From the human T2T-CHM13v2.0 reference genome, Homo sapiens: a DNA stretch of 64,000 nt. Below are positions 27,626-40,060 of this stretch, piece after piece. Position 1 is the first letter of the stretch; every line of letters starts with the position of its first letter. The DNA lies in NCBI RefSeq assembly GCF_009914755.1, contig NC_060927.1, one strand, 5' to 3'. The position numbers were made by a program, and so were the translations under genes. The notes under the pieces were generated by a model that saw only the letters and a list, made by a program, of their open reading frames with translations, was not told where the DNA came from and ran no database searches.

Positions 27626-28039
27626 GAGAGAAGGCACAAGCATTTTGACTTCATGTTAAATAAATGCTTCCAAAGCACTTGACGATTTTTTAAGATAACG
27701 TGAACAGCTCCTTGGTAAATATATTTACACCATTTATTTGCTTAGCAAATCCCTTTTCATAGACAGCATGGGTAAATATCAGCCGTATCATCTCAAGGCT
27801 GATCTTTCATCACACATTCCATTACAAATTCTAAAATTAGTAGGGTTCAAACTTAGGTCTCAGTGACTTATAGAAACAATCCAGGTTCTGATGTGTCACA
27901 CACCTATGAGGCATGCATCAGGCTCATTAGAAAACAAATTCCAGATCAGTACAACATAAGGTAGGAGAGGCTAACAACCTTGCTCTCACCTGGAGAGATC
28001 AAACAACGTCATACTTGTTTTCCAGGAGAAGACAAATAG

Positions 28040-28080
28040 AAACAGACACAGACACACACACAACAGACAGACACACGCAG

Positions 28081-28130
<50 letters not shown>
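28040..28130. repeat. Compound (CA)n/(CAGA)n microsatellite
   Basis: Directly visible. Confidence 0.97.
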
Positions 28131-28133
<3 letters not shown>

Positions 28134-29536
28134 GGGCCAGAAAAATGCTGACCTAGCCATTCTGTGAATGTTTCCAATTTCTAGATGGTATCCTGAAAGC
28201 AACTAACTAGACAAGTAATTCATATTAATAGCTGCTCTCTCCCTTTCAATGTGGGTATTATTTCCTATTGGATATGTTTAGCCGGCAACAGCTCAAACAT
28301 ATAGACTATGCATAGTTAGAAATCACTGTCCTCCACGGGGCAACACTTACTTGAAAAGCCTGTAAAATGACCACAGGACACTTGCAGGGAGGGCAGAAAA
28401 CAGCAACATGTTCACATGTTCATTTCTCTAGCTCAAATCCAACCAGCCTTTGAAAGTGCCCCTTGAAAGACAAGCCTCCCACTATTTCTTGCAAATGCTT
28501 TCTAAACAACAAATAAGACTTTCCAGAGCAAAGGAGACTTTTCCAAAATCTGTAACTGTTTGACTTTGGGGAAGAAGACACACCTCTTGACTCCTTTATG
28601 CACAACCAAGTTCGGATTGCTGAAATCTCCCACACCCTTGGATGGCTGGTATTTATTCCCAGCCCTTTCCCAGGTAGCTGTGCAATGTCAGTGATGAGCT
28701 ACTGAAAAATTGCCTGCTGCTAACAACACTGTTGCTATTCACTTCTTTCATTTCATGCCTATATTATATTTTTCCTGAAACAAATTTCTCTATTGTTCCC
28801 TCTCTGCTTCTAGGATCCCATTACCCAATCCCCAACAGCTAAGAAAAAAACAGAGCCCAGTTGGAGACACCCAACAATCTCAGGCCCTTCTAACCCTGTC
28901 GGACTTAGTTATAGTTCTTATCTGATTTCAGACATACCCTAAAATATAAGCATTGATGGTACTTGGCCTTAGTAGTCAAATTGTTTTTAACTCTTGCAAA
29001 CACAGTCTTCTCACAATCAATCCTTTGTAATGGGTTTTTAAATGTCCCTTCAAAAATATTATTTCCAGTGTTCTATTCTGAGACTACCATATGGACCAAA
29101 ATATTTAAAGCATCCAAGCAACACCTAGGAAAATACAAAACGTCATTTTTCTTCCTGCCCCGTCTCTACCCCTGCTGTTTCTTTTTACCAATGATTTTAT
29201 TTTCCTTATAGGGAACAAATGATTCCAATTTCCTCGTATAGCACTGGCATACAGATGAGGTATTGACCTGTAGCTTTTTAAACCCCAAATTGTAGGCTTT
29301 GTTTAGATGAGTCTAAGGCCGTGGCTTGAAAGAAGAAAAAGGGAAATTTCTTCTCAAGGGTAAGGAGAATCTTTTCCCAAACTACCCGAGGAACTCTTCA
29401 AAGACAGTTGCCTGTTCTGCCCTAAAGACTCAAAGAGGGAAGGGTGAAAAAGCCTACTCTGCCAAGTAGGATGGCTCACAAGCTCATTTGAGGAACTGAA
29501 ATTCTTTACTCCCGTCAGTAATACAACCCTTTCTTT

Positions 29537-29558
29537 ACACACACACACACACACACAC
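29537..29558. repeat. (CA)n microsatellite
   Basis: Directly visible. Confidence 0.95.
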
Positions 29559-30854
29559 AAAGGATGTAAAGCATGCTCATTTGTCAGACATTTCACAAAG
29601 CTGAACTTGCCAGTGGCACTGGGACTTGAACTTGCAGCTGAGGAGGTGAGAAGAAGCCAAATATGAACACTGCATATAATGTGTTCCTTTCCCTTCTTAT
29701 TAAAAGCTGAGCCCATCAAGATGGCACTGAAGAAATATAATATGGGGTACAACGGAGGCTAGTGGAATCCCTCACCATGGAAGCTTTTAGCATTCAAAAA
29801 GCTGAGCTGGTACAAAATGAGTAAGTATTTTCACAGTCCTTCCCAAGAGGTGGAAATGGAGGTCACCTTGACAGGGTGACAACTCTCCTCAGCCTAACCA
29901 TGTCATAGCAAGACTGAAATGGAGACATCACCACCCACATCAAACTGTACCTTGATAGGAGCTAGAGTCAAACTTCCAGTTTTTTTTTTTTTTTAACTTC
30001 TGAATCATTTGTTCTCATCTTTGGCTGCAGGTCTGAGTAATCAATAGTACGGTTGTTAAATAATACAGGTGCCTGCACTCTACTTTGTAAGGTTCAGATG
30101 GAATCTCGCTGCAGTGGGCCCTCTGTGTTTTTCGTGCAAAAGCTCCCCAGGGAGAGAATAAAGTAACCACTATCTTATGGATGCCTTTTTCCATTGCTAC
30201 CAAAACATAGGACCTTTAAACCATTCCACAGTCTTTTCTTTTTCTTGCTCATAAAATAGTGTATGCTATTGTGGAGTTGCCTGCATAGCAATACATCCAT
30301 AGATTTACTGAAATAACCATTCACTGGAAGTGGGACAGGAAGAAGGAAGATAGAGAAAAGTACAGGAGAAACCATATTAAAATGGTATCATCAGGTTTCA
30401 CTTACCCCAGTGGGTAAGTGCTCATTATTGATCAAAATAAGTTTGCTAGTGGGTAACTTTAAGACTTAATGGTTGATATCACATGCATAAACACACACAC
30501 ACTGTCAAATTACTTTTGCCACTTCCCTCTCCCTAAAAATATGCTCTTGCAGAGAATAATAGCATAAGCTATTCATCAGGAAACAGAACTCTTCCCCATT
30601 CTTTATTACTTGAGGTTACGAATCCCACTTACCTGGTACTTTTTCTAAATTTAGTAGTCATTTGTTTTAAAAAAAAAAAAAGAGAGAGAGAACTAAATAA
30701 CTAAATAAAACATAAAAGAAATTAAGTGAAATAAAGAGAGATAAAACAATGTGCTCTATGACTGACCCATGAAAATTAAAATAACCCATAATTCCAATCT
30801 TTAAAAAAGCAACATTAAGACCTAACTCATTATTAGTTCATGGGACTTATCATA

Positions 30855-31040
30855 GTAGGCTCTAACCACATGTGACTATTGAGCACTTGAAACGTGGCTA
30901 GGGTCACATGTTAAAATGATAATATTTTGAATATATTGGGTTAAATAAAATGTGTTAGTGAAATTAATTTCCTCTGTTGCCTTTTACTTTTTTCAGCGCA
31001 GCTTTATAACATGCAAAATTACATGTGGCTCTATTTAGCT
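30855..31040. mobile_element. MER33/MER3-family hAT-Charlie MITE
   Basis: ccacatgtgactattgagcacttgaaacgtggctag..aaaattacatgtggctc. Confidence 0.7.
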
Positions 31041-31779
31041 ATGATAAGCCTTGCCTACCCCCTAGTGTCAGAACTTAGGCAATGCAGGCAAATCATTTTT
31101 CAAACGCATCTGTGTTAAGTACAATTCATTTCTGCCGGCAAAGTACAAGTATAGCCGCCTGTACATACAATTTTATCATTTTCACAAATGTTATCTCAAA
31201 TTTAAGCCTCAGAGAGACTCCTGTAGTAGATGTTATATTCCCCACTCAGTTAGTATTTTTGAAATTACCAGGTTTATTGTAGAAAATTAGAACTAAAACA
31301 GCGTATGCTATTTAGTCAAGAGTATTTGCAGGGTTCCTATAAATTTCAGCCATCATAGGGGACAGAAAACATGGGATCAAACTTGGATGCAACAACTGCT
31401 CTTCAAAAAATTTACCCTAAGTTAAAAATAACGTAAACCACCAAAACACACAATCACAACATGCATATTTTGCATAATCATTTATAACAGAAAAAAAAAC
31501 AGAAAACCTAAATTTCCATAAATTTGAACAGTACAGAACCTCTACAAAACAGATAACATTCAAAAGAAGAAGACAGCTCTAAATAAGGATAACTAGCATT
31601 TGAGCACTCACTAAGCAAACACAGTTCTCAGCATTTCCCAGGTATTAATTGATTCCTTATTATAACCGTGAGACTTATTTTTTATTATTTTTATTATTCT
31701 CATTTTACATAGAAAGAGGCTGAGTCCCGAAGAGGTTTCATAACTTGCCCAAGAATGAAAGAAGAACTGAAGCAAAACT

Positions 31780-32262
<483 letters not shown>

Positions 32263-32599
32263 TCTAACTACTTCCCAATCAGTGATACATCCTCTCTACA
32301 GCAGATTTAGGTCAAGGCCAGCAAATAAAAGGGCTCTCAACACCCTTCTGGGTCACTCTGTTCCCCAGCTTGTTGAAGCCTTTCTCTCCTTAAGGTTGAG
32401 CTGAAACCTCAGTCTTCATAGAGCAACTTTCTTCGCCACAGTCAGCTTACTAGAACAATGAAAAAACAAGCCTTTTTCTCTTATGCATGAGAAATCTTCA
32501 AACCCTGAAGGCTCTGACCACATCTACCTACCCATGCTCACAGTCTTCAGCTGTTCCTGGAATGCGAACCTTTCCACACTCATTCTCGATGCCTCCAAA

Positions 32600-32815
32600 T
32601 GTGAAAACAGCTGCCATTTATGGAATGTTTACTATGTGCTAATCCCTTCACCTATTTTTCCTTATTAGTTATCCCAATAACTCCAAATAAAATAGGCATG
32701 GATATCATTCCATTTTTACAGATGATAAAACAGGTTCAGAGAGGTTAAGTGGCCTGGATAAGGCCACACAGCCAGGATGTACCAGAACCAGAATTAGGTT
32801 TGACTTTAGACCCCC
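32600..32815 (-). mobile_element. MIR
   Basis: catttttacagatgataaaacaggttcagagaggttaagtggcctg core. Confidence 0.75.
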
Positions 32816-34808
32816 CAACATTTGATTTCCTTTCCTGCCTCATTTCCAGGTGTGCCCCAGTTTTTCCAGGGACTTTATGCCAACAGATTTTATTAAATAG
32901 TCACCAAGCACCACAGCATTTTGTGGAATTGAAATAGTGCAGTCCAGGTTATATTCAAAGTTCTCTAGGGAAATGGAACTATTAAAGTGAACGTATAAAT
33001 CAATAGCACCCAAGTTCTCAACTTTCTCAGCTCCATCAGAAAACTAGCTATGACTCCATCTTTAAAGGATAAAAATCTGAATTTTTGAAGTCTCCTAGTA
33101 TTCACAGGAATAAATCTTAAAGTTGTAAGATGCTTTGTGTCCCAACTACTCGTGTCTATACCAGATGAAATTTCTAGGAAGATCCCTAAATCTTTAATTC
33201 CACAGGAGTTGAGTTTCTGAAACTTCCTTCCAGAAGGCATCTTTCCACTGCACAAAACATATTTGCTACCCTCTTGTGGGGAAATAAGGCACTGCTTACA
33301 GCCAAAAAAAAAGGAACAAAAGGACAAATTGCTAGTTGAAGAAATAACAAGAGTTAGCCCTGGCCTCCTTTTAAAAGAAACGAACCTGCCAATTGGCCCC
33401 TTCACCTTTTCTACAGCTTGAAGCTACACAGTCCCATATGTGTATGTGATCTCCTGCCTGCTCAATTATGATGGAAAATAGACTTTAAAAACAACAAAAC
33501 CTGTCTTTTGCGTTTTTTAGTTGCTTAAAAATACTACTGGATTCTGTGGAAATGTATTAATGCCATTTGTCTTCAAGAAAGAGTCTCACCACCCAACCTG
33601 TGAAAATTAGGTGGGTTTTCATTTTGGTTTTTTTAATGCTTAAACTAAAATTACATCTCTGATACACACCTACCGTAACACCCATCTGCCAAAACTGGGG
33701 GGGAGATTCCCACCTTTCTTCTGTGTCTCTTAGCCAGGTAGGTGGAGATAGGGTTGTAAAATACCTCCTTGTTTACACACAGCAATCAACATCCACTCTT
33801 CTAATCCAAGCCATAAAAAGCATCCAACTTCTAACTAGGGTTTCCTAGTGCCATCATTTCTTTAATTGGCCAGCACTAACCATGAAGCCCATGGGACAGT
33901 GCCAGGAGCCTCTCTGGACACTCAGACACAGCCGTTTGCAGATAACACTCTGCAACTTGCTCCCGCTGTCAGACTTCCTATAATATACCCACAGTAGAGT
34001 GAAAATCTGACCAGAGTTTCTCAGGATCTCGGTGCACTGCCCCAATTAATTCTGGTGATCCTGAGTTCTCCATCAGCTGAGCACTAAACTGGGACAAAAA
34101 TGCCACATGGACATTGCAAGGATCATGGACTTTCATTCCCTGAAGATCATTAGATAAAATTTATAGCATGAATGGGAGTGGGTGGTAATCCTACTGAAAT
34201 GCTTCACTTGTCAACTAATCTGACTCTTAAACTCCACTCAAGAAAAGAGATAAGATTGAGGACCTCAAACACTATCCTCGTGAACAAACTCATAAAAATA
34301 GGCACAGCACAATAACCAACTAGCTGTGGGCACTTCACAGCAGCCAAATGGTATTGATTTTATGCTGATTTGCTGAAACTTCAATCATTATTTTTCTCAT
34401 CTTCTTGGAACTGTCACTTGAGGAGGGAAAATTGAGTTGTGTGAGATTTTAAAAATTATCTTGAGCCTTAAATTATGACTAACCTTAAAATATCAGAATA
34501 ACGAAGTGGAAAGTATGACATGTTATATATTTGGTGGTAAGAATATCTCATGAACTTTCCAAACACAAGACCTTTGGAGACAGAATTTATAATTCTGACC
34601 CATACGTGATTTAGGGTTCAGGCATCACTCTTTCCCAAAGAAGTCAAAACATTTCTGGCACTGCCACGCCTCAGATTACCAAAGCTGAGAGAGTAAATTA
34701 ATTGACAACAAGTCCATTGACACATATGAATTATTCAGGAAAACACAATTTGCTGGGGAGTTTCCACTGTGTCACTTTAAATGTTGATGTAAGAAAGAAA
34801 GGACAGAA

Positions 34809-34836
34809 ACACACACACACACACACACAAACACAC
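34809..34836. repeat. Imperfect (CA)n microsatellite
   Basis: Directly visible. Confidence 0.9.
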
Positions 34837-35479
34837 AAACTGATCGGTAGCTGATGGTTTTGATCTCGCCTTTAAAAATCAGCAATGCAGAGATATGAGT
34901 CTCACTAGAAGTTATCAGAATGACTGCCTCTAAATCTTTAGACAACACCCATTTTAAGTCCCTTACAAAAGTTACCACAGCTTTTTCTCTTTTCTTTTTT
35001 TAAAAAATCATGTAGCATATTTTCTCCACATCTCTCAAAAAGATCTTAAATTATCTGACTATTCCCTTCACTAAAGCCCTGTAAGTGTTAGTTTAAGTTT
35101 ATCATAAAGATGTTCTACTTCTAAGGAAGCTGCAGGAGTGGATGGATGGATGGGCAGATGGACTGACATGTATGCACACACACACACACGCCAACCACAC
35201 AAATTGCTGATGGTTTTCTGGGATTCCTTGAGAAAAACTGCTATAAAAATAAAAGTGTGCCCAAGAAAACAAAAGTTTTTAAAAGCCTGAAAAATATTTT
35301 TAAAGGACTCTTAAAGCACTAAACCATTAAACTGTGTTACTCCGCCATATTTCATGCTTCCTCTAGTTATTTACACACCATCAGAAGCTCACATCAGTTA
35401 TCTGTGTCTAAAATGTGGACTCTGACATTTGGAGGGGTTTTATTATCTCAGCAGTGCATAATGAGCTTAAAGGGCTTAC

Positions 35480-35595
35480 CTGCATGTCCCCGGAGGTGCT
35501 GGCTTGAGGCGGACATCAGCTTACAGCACACCATTAACACGTAGGCTAGAAAGAGCCAGTGCGACAGCAACACTGACTTAGCACAGACTCTCATC
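35480..35595 (-). CDS. TAFA4: TAFA4 exon 3 (116 nt): signal peptide and start of the mature chemokine-like neurokine, (R)MRVCAKSVLLSHWLFLAYVLMVCCKLMSASSQHLRGHA(G)
   Basis: Acceptor cactgactccagccctgcttttcctccag|G and donor CAG|gtaagc. The frame is open, has a hydrophobic core, and matches the human TAFA4 sequence as I recall it. Confidence 0.97.
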
Positions 35596-37649
35596 CTGGA
35601 GGAAAAGCAGGGCTGGAGTCAGTGAGGGCTGAGGAAGGCCAGACTCCCTGGCAAGCACCATTCTAGGAAGGCGGGAGAAAGCAGGGGCAGATCCCTGGAG
35701 CTGGAATTCCTTTCTCCCAAGAAAACAGAAGACCAATCAAACCTTATTTGCACTTAGCATTAACTAAATTTTCAATAAAAACCTTTGATAATTAAGAGTT
35801 TTCCAAGTTAGCACTATGCATCAGTGAGAAGCTTATTTATGAATCTGCAAGTTGTTGCCTGAGTTACCCTAATAGAGCATGGGGATTTTATTCTATTTTA
35901 TACCATGAGATGTAAAAGCAACACACTTAGAGCCAGATCCAAATAAAATATATATGTTTTCTGGATCTGAAAGAATCCATGGAGATTTTGCACATGTGGT
36001 CCAAGAACTTTCTCCTGGTTTCTCTGACTGTACCCTAAGGCTTTCTGGTCTGGAAGACTAGGTTCATAGTTGATTAAACCAATCTCAACTCCTCCTTTGG
36101 GAAGGAGTATGGGCAAATACAGGTGAATATAAAATAAATTTAACTTCGTATGATGGACAGTATCAAAACAGTTGCTCAAAAACAATTCCGTTCACATGAC
36201 AATTCAGTTGCATGGTCTATTCTAAAACAAAAGAGTAAAAAAAAGGAAGATATCAAAAACATTATTCCCAGCTGCCTAACTTTCTGCCATTTTATAACAT
36301 CAGAAGGGAATTAAGTAGATAGAACTCGATTAACTTTTTTTGTTTGCTTTTTTTATATTAACTTTTGAAGCAAAACTCACCGCATTTGGCATCTGAAATT
36401 CCGGTGCTAATAGGTTCTTCCTTACACATGCCTCATGGCATCTATTATTACCACAATGGATCAAAGAAACCCCTGTTTAATATATGCAAATGTATACACA
36501 CTTATGGGCCGACAATAAAAACATGGTACCTGAGTTTGGCTTCTTGCCTGAGTCACACTATACGCAAGACCCCTAAGGAAGTCCTATAAGGAAGCATCTC
36601 CAGCTCCCAGCAACCTAGCAGTGCCTCTACGAAAGTCCCAGTCCCCTACTCCACGAAAACACATCAAAGCCTCAGGGGAATTGAATGCCACACCATACGC
36701 CGAGGCACACACATGTTCTGCTGCCAACATTCTCTCTCCGTGACCTCTCACAATTCCGTCAAATAGATCTTGTTAAAGGGTGTATTGCTCATTGATTTGA
36801 GATTTGGTCTGCTTTTTAAGTAGCCAGGCCAATCATGTTTGAAGAACTTGGTGTTAAAGGCAACAAAAAGCACTGGCTTCTTTTTGCCCTTTTAAACTGT
36901 TTCAAAATGGTTTTAAACGGCTATGTTGGGTAATTTGCAATGCAGCAATAAAAAATTAATCTTTCATTTATGTGATGCCTTGAAATTGTCCCTTTTGGGG
37001 CCACTAATTATGACAAACTGGAAGCCAGGGTATCTGATCCAGCCTGCAAATGTGTTTTGTTTGATCTGTGCTTTAAAAAAAAAAAAGAAAGAAATTGAAT
37101 TGGTTGCCAACACATACAATGTCCAGATTGCAAATCAGAATCCAGATTCTCTTGAAAAATTATTCCTGGCATCCCCGGGCTCACATTTCCACATGGGAGT
37201 AACAGGCTGCCGTGGTCGCAGCTGCCCCTAGAAGGGTCTCCACAGTCCCTCCCACTAGTCAGTACCTTGGGCCCAACCAGCCCAACTCATTTACATGTGG
37301 CCATTTGAACTTCTGATCCTTGGGTAAGAGGAATAAGCCTTTGTAACAAATAGATTGATAGCTGATATTGGGGTAATAACTGGAATTTTAAAACATTATG
37401 TGTGAGACAGAGTGTTACATTAACAAAAAATAAATCATCCAATACCGGAATTTGAGCCTCTGGACTTCCCCCAAATTATGTGATTGATAATAGCATCTAG
37501 AACTCAGGTAAGATCCACGTATTATTTTCTTTGCCACCTTTCAAGCTGTTTCTAGAGTTTCTGTCCTCTTCATGTGTGTACACTGAGGTGGAGATGGAAG
37601 GCATGCTTTGAGAAACGAAAGGCCCTTCAAAGCAGAGAGGCTCCATGTT

Positions 37650-38310
37650 TCTGTGTAAGTTTAGAATGTTAGCAATGTCTGAAGCAAATTACCAAACTTA
37701 GAAGTTTAAAACAACAATCTATAGCCATACTACCCTCAACCCACCTGATCTCAGAAGCTAAGCAGGGTCGGGCCTAGTTAGAGCTTGGACAGGAGCAGTT
37801 TGAAACAACACCGATATATTATCACACAGTTTCTGTAAGTCAGGAGTCTGGCATGTTCTGGCTGGGTCTTCTGCTCAGAAACTCACAGGCTAAAATCAAG
37901 GTGTCAGCTGGGTGTGTCCTCATCTGGAGGCTCAACTGGGGAAGGATCACTTCCAAGTGCTCTCAGGTTGTTGGCAAAAGCCATTTTCTTGGGACTCTCT
38001 GTATTCCCCGTATTCTTGCTATTGACCAGGAACTGCTCTCAAGCCCTTCATGTCTTTGCCACATGGCCCCTGCACGTGCTCCTTCATGGTTTGAATCTCT
38101 TCCTCCAGGAAAGGCTCAGTCCCCTTTTAGGGCTTATCTGATTAGGTCAGCCCCACCCAGGATAGTCTCTCTTTTGATTAACTAAATTCAGTGTATGTGA
38201 AACCTTAAAAACACCTGTGAAATCCCTTCATCTATGCCTTACAGGTGTAATTTAATCAGAGATGTGAAACTCATCAAAACCACAATGCCACCCACACTCA
38301 AAGGAAAGCA
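37650..38310 (-). mobile_element. MLT1-family LTR hosting the 5S pseudogene
   Basis: aaattaccaaacttag..aaaacaaca..ttatcacacagtttctg..aaatcaaggtgtcagctggg. Confidence 0.75.
37717..37795 (+). pseudogene. 5S rRNA retropseudogene, 3'-truncated at about nt 89, tailless
   Basis: atctatagccatactaccctcaacccacct-gatctcagaagctaagcagggtcgggcctagttagagcttggacaggag aligns to 5S nt 1-89 with a 10-nt deletion. Flanked by AGTTTAAAACAACA (37703-37716) and AGTTTGAAACAACA (37797-37810). Confidence 0.93.
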
Positions 38311-38535
38311 ATTAAAATATTTAAAATAATGTCCCACTGTTGGCAATAATTGAATGAAATATCTCTAATACAAAGAGAAAGAGTTTAACTTGATAAAACC
38401 ATAAATTGATCGATAATTTGATCATGTATGTCAAACGTTTACAATCCAGCAGATCACTTATAGGATTTAACCCTAAAGAAATAACCAGCAACGTATGGGA
38501 CTTTTTTTTATTGTTTATACTATTGAAAATGATCT

Positions 38536-38690
38536 GGCCATGCATGGTGGCTCATGCCTGTAATCCCAGCACACTGGGAGACCGAGGTGGAAGGAACGCT
38601 TGAGGCCAGGAATTCAAGGCAGGAGCGAGCTATGATTATACCACCACACTCCAGCCTGAGCAAAGAGTGAGACCCTGTCTCAAAAAAAGA
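38536..38690 (+). mobile_element. Alu monomer (FRAM-like), tail decayed to (AGGC)n
   Basis: Single 7SL-derived arm ending gaccctgtctcaaaa, followed by aggcaggc repeats. Confidence 0.8.
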
Positions 38691-38894
38691 AGGCAGGCAG
38701 GCAGGCAGGCAGGGAGGCAGGGAGGGAAAGACAAAAAAAAATGATGATCCAAATGTTTAACAGTATGAGACTGGTTAAACAAATTATGACACAGCCACAA
38801 GATGGGATGTTCTTCAGTAATGAAAGTGATATTATAAAATGAAAATAAACAAGTTTATTAAAAAGAAACAAAAGTTTATTTTAAATATATGAAT

Positions 38895-39450
38895 TATATG
38901 ACAGCCTGGGCCTGTCTTGCCTTCAGATCCATTCCTCCCGCTTCCCCTATATTGAGGGCTGGAGGGCCCTCTAGGCTGCATTTCCCAGGCTCCCAGGTCA
39001 GCTGGTTACTGGCTGGGTTCAGTCAAGGAAACGCAACAGCTGGAGCCTGGAGAATAGGAAAAGGGATAGGCCAGGACATTTCTCCCCGCCTTCTCTGTCT
39101 TTGGCAGGATCTGTGGGGTGGCCATCTCTCCACCATGGCTCCAGTTCCTGCCAGAAGGGTCCACTGTGGTTCTAGTTTCCACTCTAGTTTCCTTCTTCTA
39201 GGCACTGCCTCCCCACGGTCTAACTGCTTCCATGGTTCCCAGCCAGGGGATGGCAGTGGCTTCCTGTGTATCTTCCGCTCAGTTTCTCTGACTCTCCCAT
39301 CATATGTATAACCAGTCTCCTGAATTCACTTCCCACTGGACAAAAATGGAAGTTGGAGATAATTCATTCCCAAGACATGCAATTTACCCAAGCTCACAGA
39401 GCAGTGAAAAAGCCAGCAGAATGGTTTCTGTTTTCCTGGTTGGATTCCAA
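38895..39450 (+). mobile_element. LTR33/LTR16-like ERVL LTR
   Basis: ctgcatttcccaggctccc..ggctgggttcagtcaagg and 3' end tggtttctgttttcctggttgga. Confidence 0.6.
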
Positions 39451-39924
39451 CAACAAATGCCTTAAATCAAAAGTCTCAAGGGCACACATTCCAAATCCTG
39501 GGCAATGATCCCTAATCTATCTTCTTCTTACGTGGACAATTCTATGTAACAAGTTGCTGGGTTAGTAGCAATAAGTTCCCTGTCTCTAAAACAAGTATTC
39601 ACTTAACAATAGCTCAACAACCATTCACCCAGAGAAATGCCAGGGCAGAGTGGTAGGGTTGGGGCCAGAAAGCTCTTCAGCAATAGATTTGTATTTCTTC
39701 ATTTTTTCCTCTACTGAATAAACCAAAGTACTATTTTGCAAACTGAAATAATTTTCATTTCACAGATGAAAGCTAAAATGAAAAAATCAACATTTCCCCA
39801 AATTCCCAAAAAGTGTAAAAGCAGGCTTCTAAAACGGATCATCAACTCCAGGATACTCACTTTTGCTAAATTCTCAATACTTTGTAAAGATATCATGTCC
39901 AGGTGAACGTTAAAATAATCTTAC

Positions 39925-39938
39925 CTTGGGGACCTCAT
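39925..39938 (-). CDS. TAFA4: First coding part of TAFA4: ATG AGG TCC CCA AG (M-R-S-P-R, phase 2)
   Basis: Minus strand reads catcttATGAGGTCCCCAAG|gtaagatt. It joins in frame to the next exon (AG|G ATG AGA GTC). Confidence 0.95.
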
Positions 39939-40060
39939 AAGATGTGGTTCTAGTCAAACACACTTATTCCAGGATATATTTCAGAGTGACTCCAAATTCC
40001 CATCTGTTGCTAGAACCAATCATTTCTGCCGTTCCAAAAAATTATCGTAGCTCAGAAGAC
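39925..40060 (-). other. TAFA4: TAFA4 exon 2 (136 nt: 122 nt 5'UTR + 14 nt CDS)
   Basis: Acceptor ctaattgattcc(t)12ggcctttttaacatag|GTC with a branch-like CTAAT; donor AAG|gtaaga. Confidence 0.88.

Noticed and set aside
27986-28202. Cys/Val-repeat ORFs
   Set aside because: Translation of a (CA)n microsatellite.
32965-33405. 146-aa minus-strand ORF near exon 3
   Set aside because: Non-ATG start, no recognisable family, no supported splice structure; compatible with chance.
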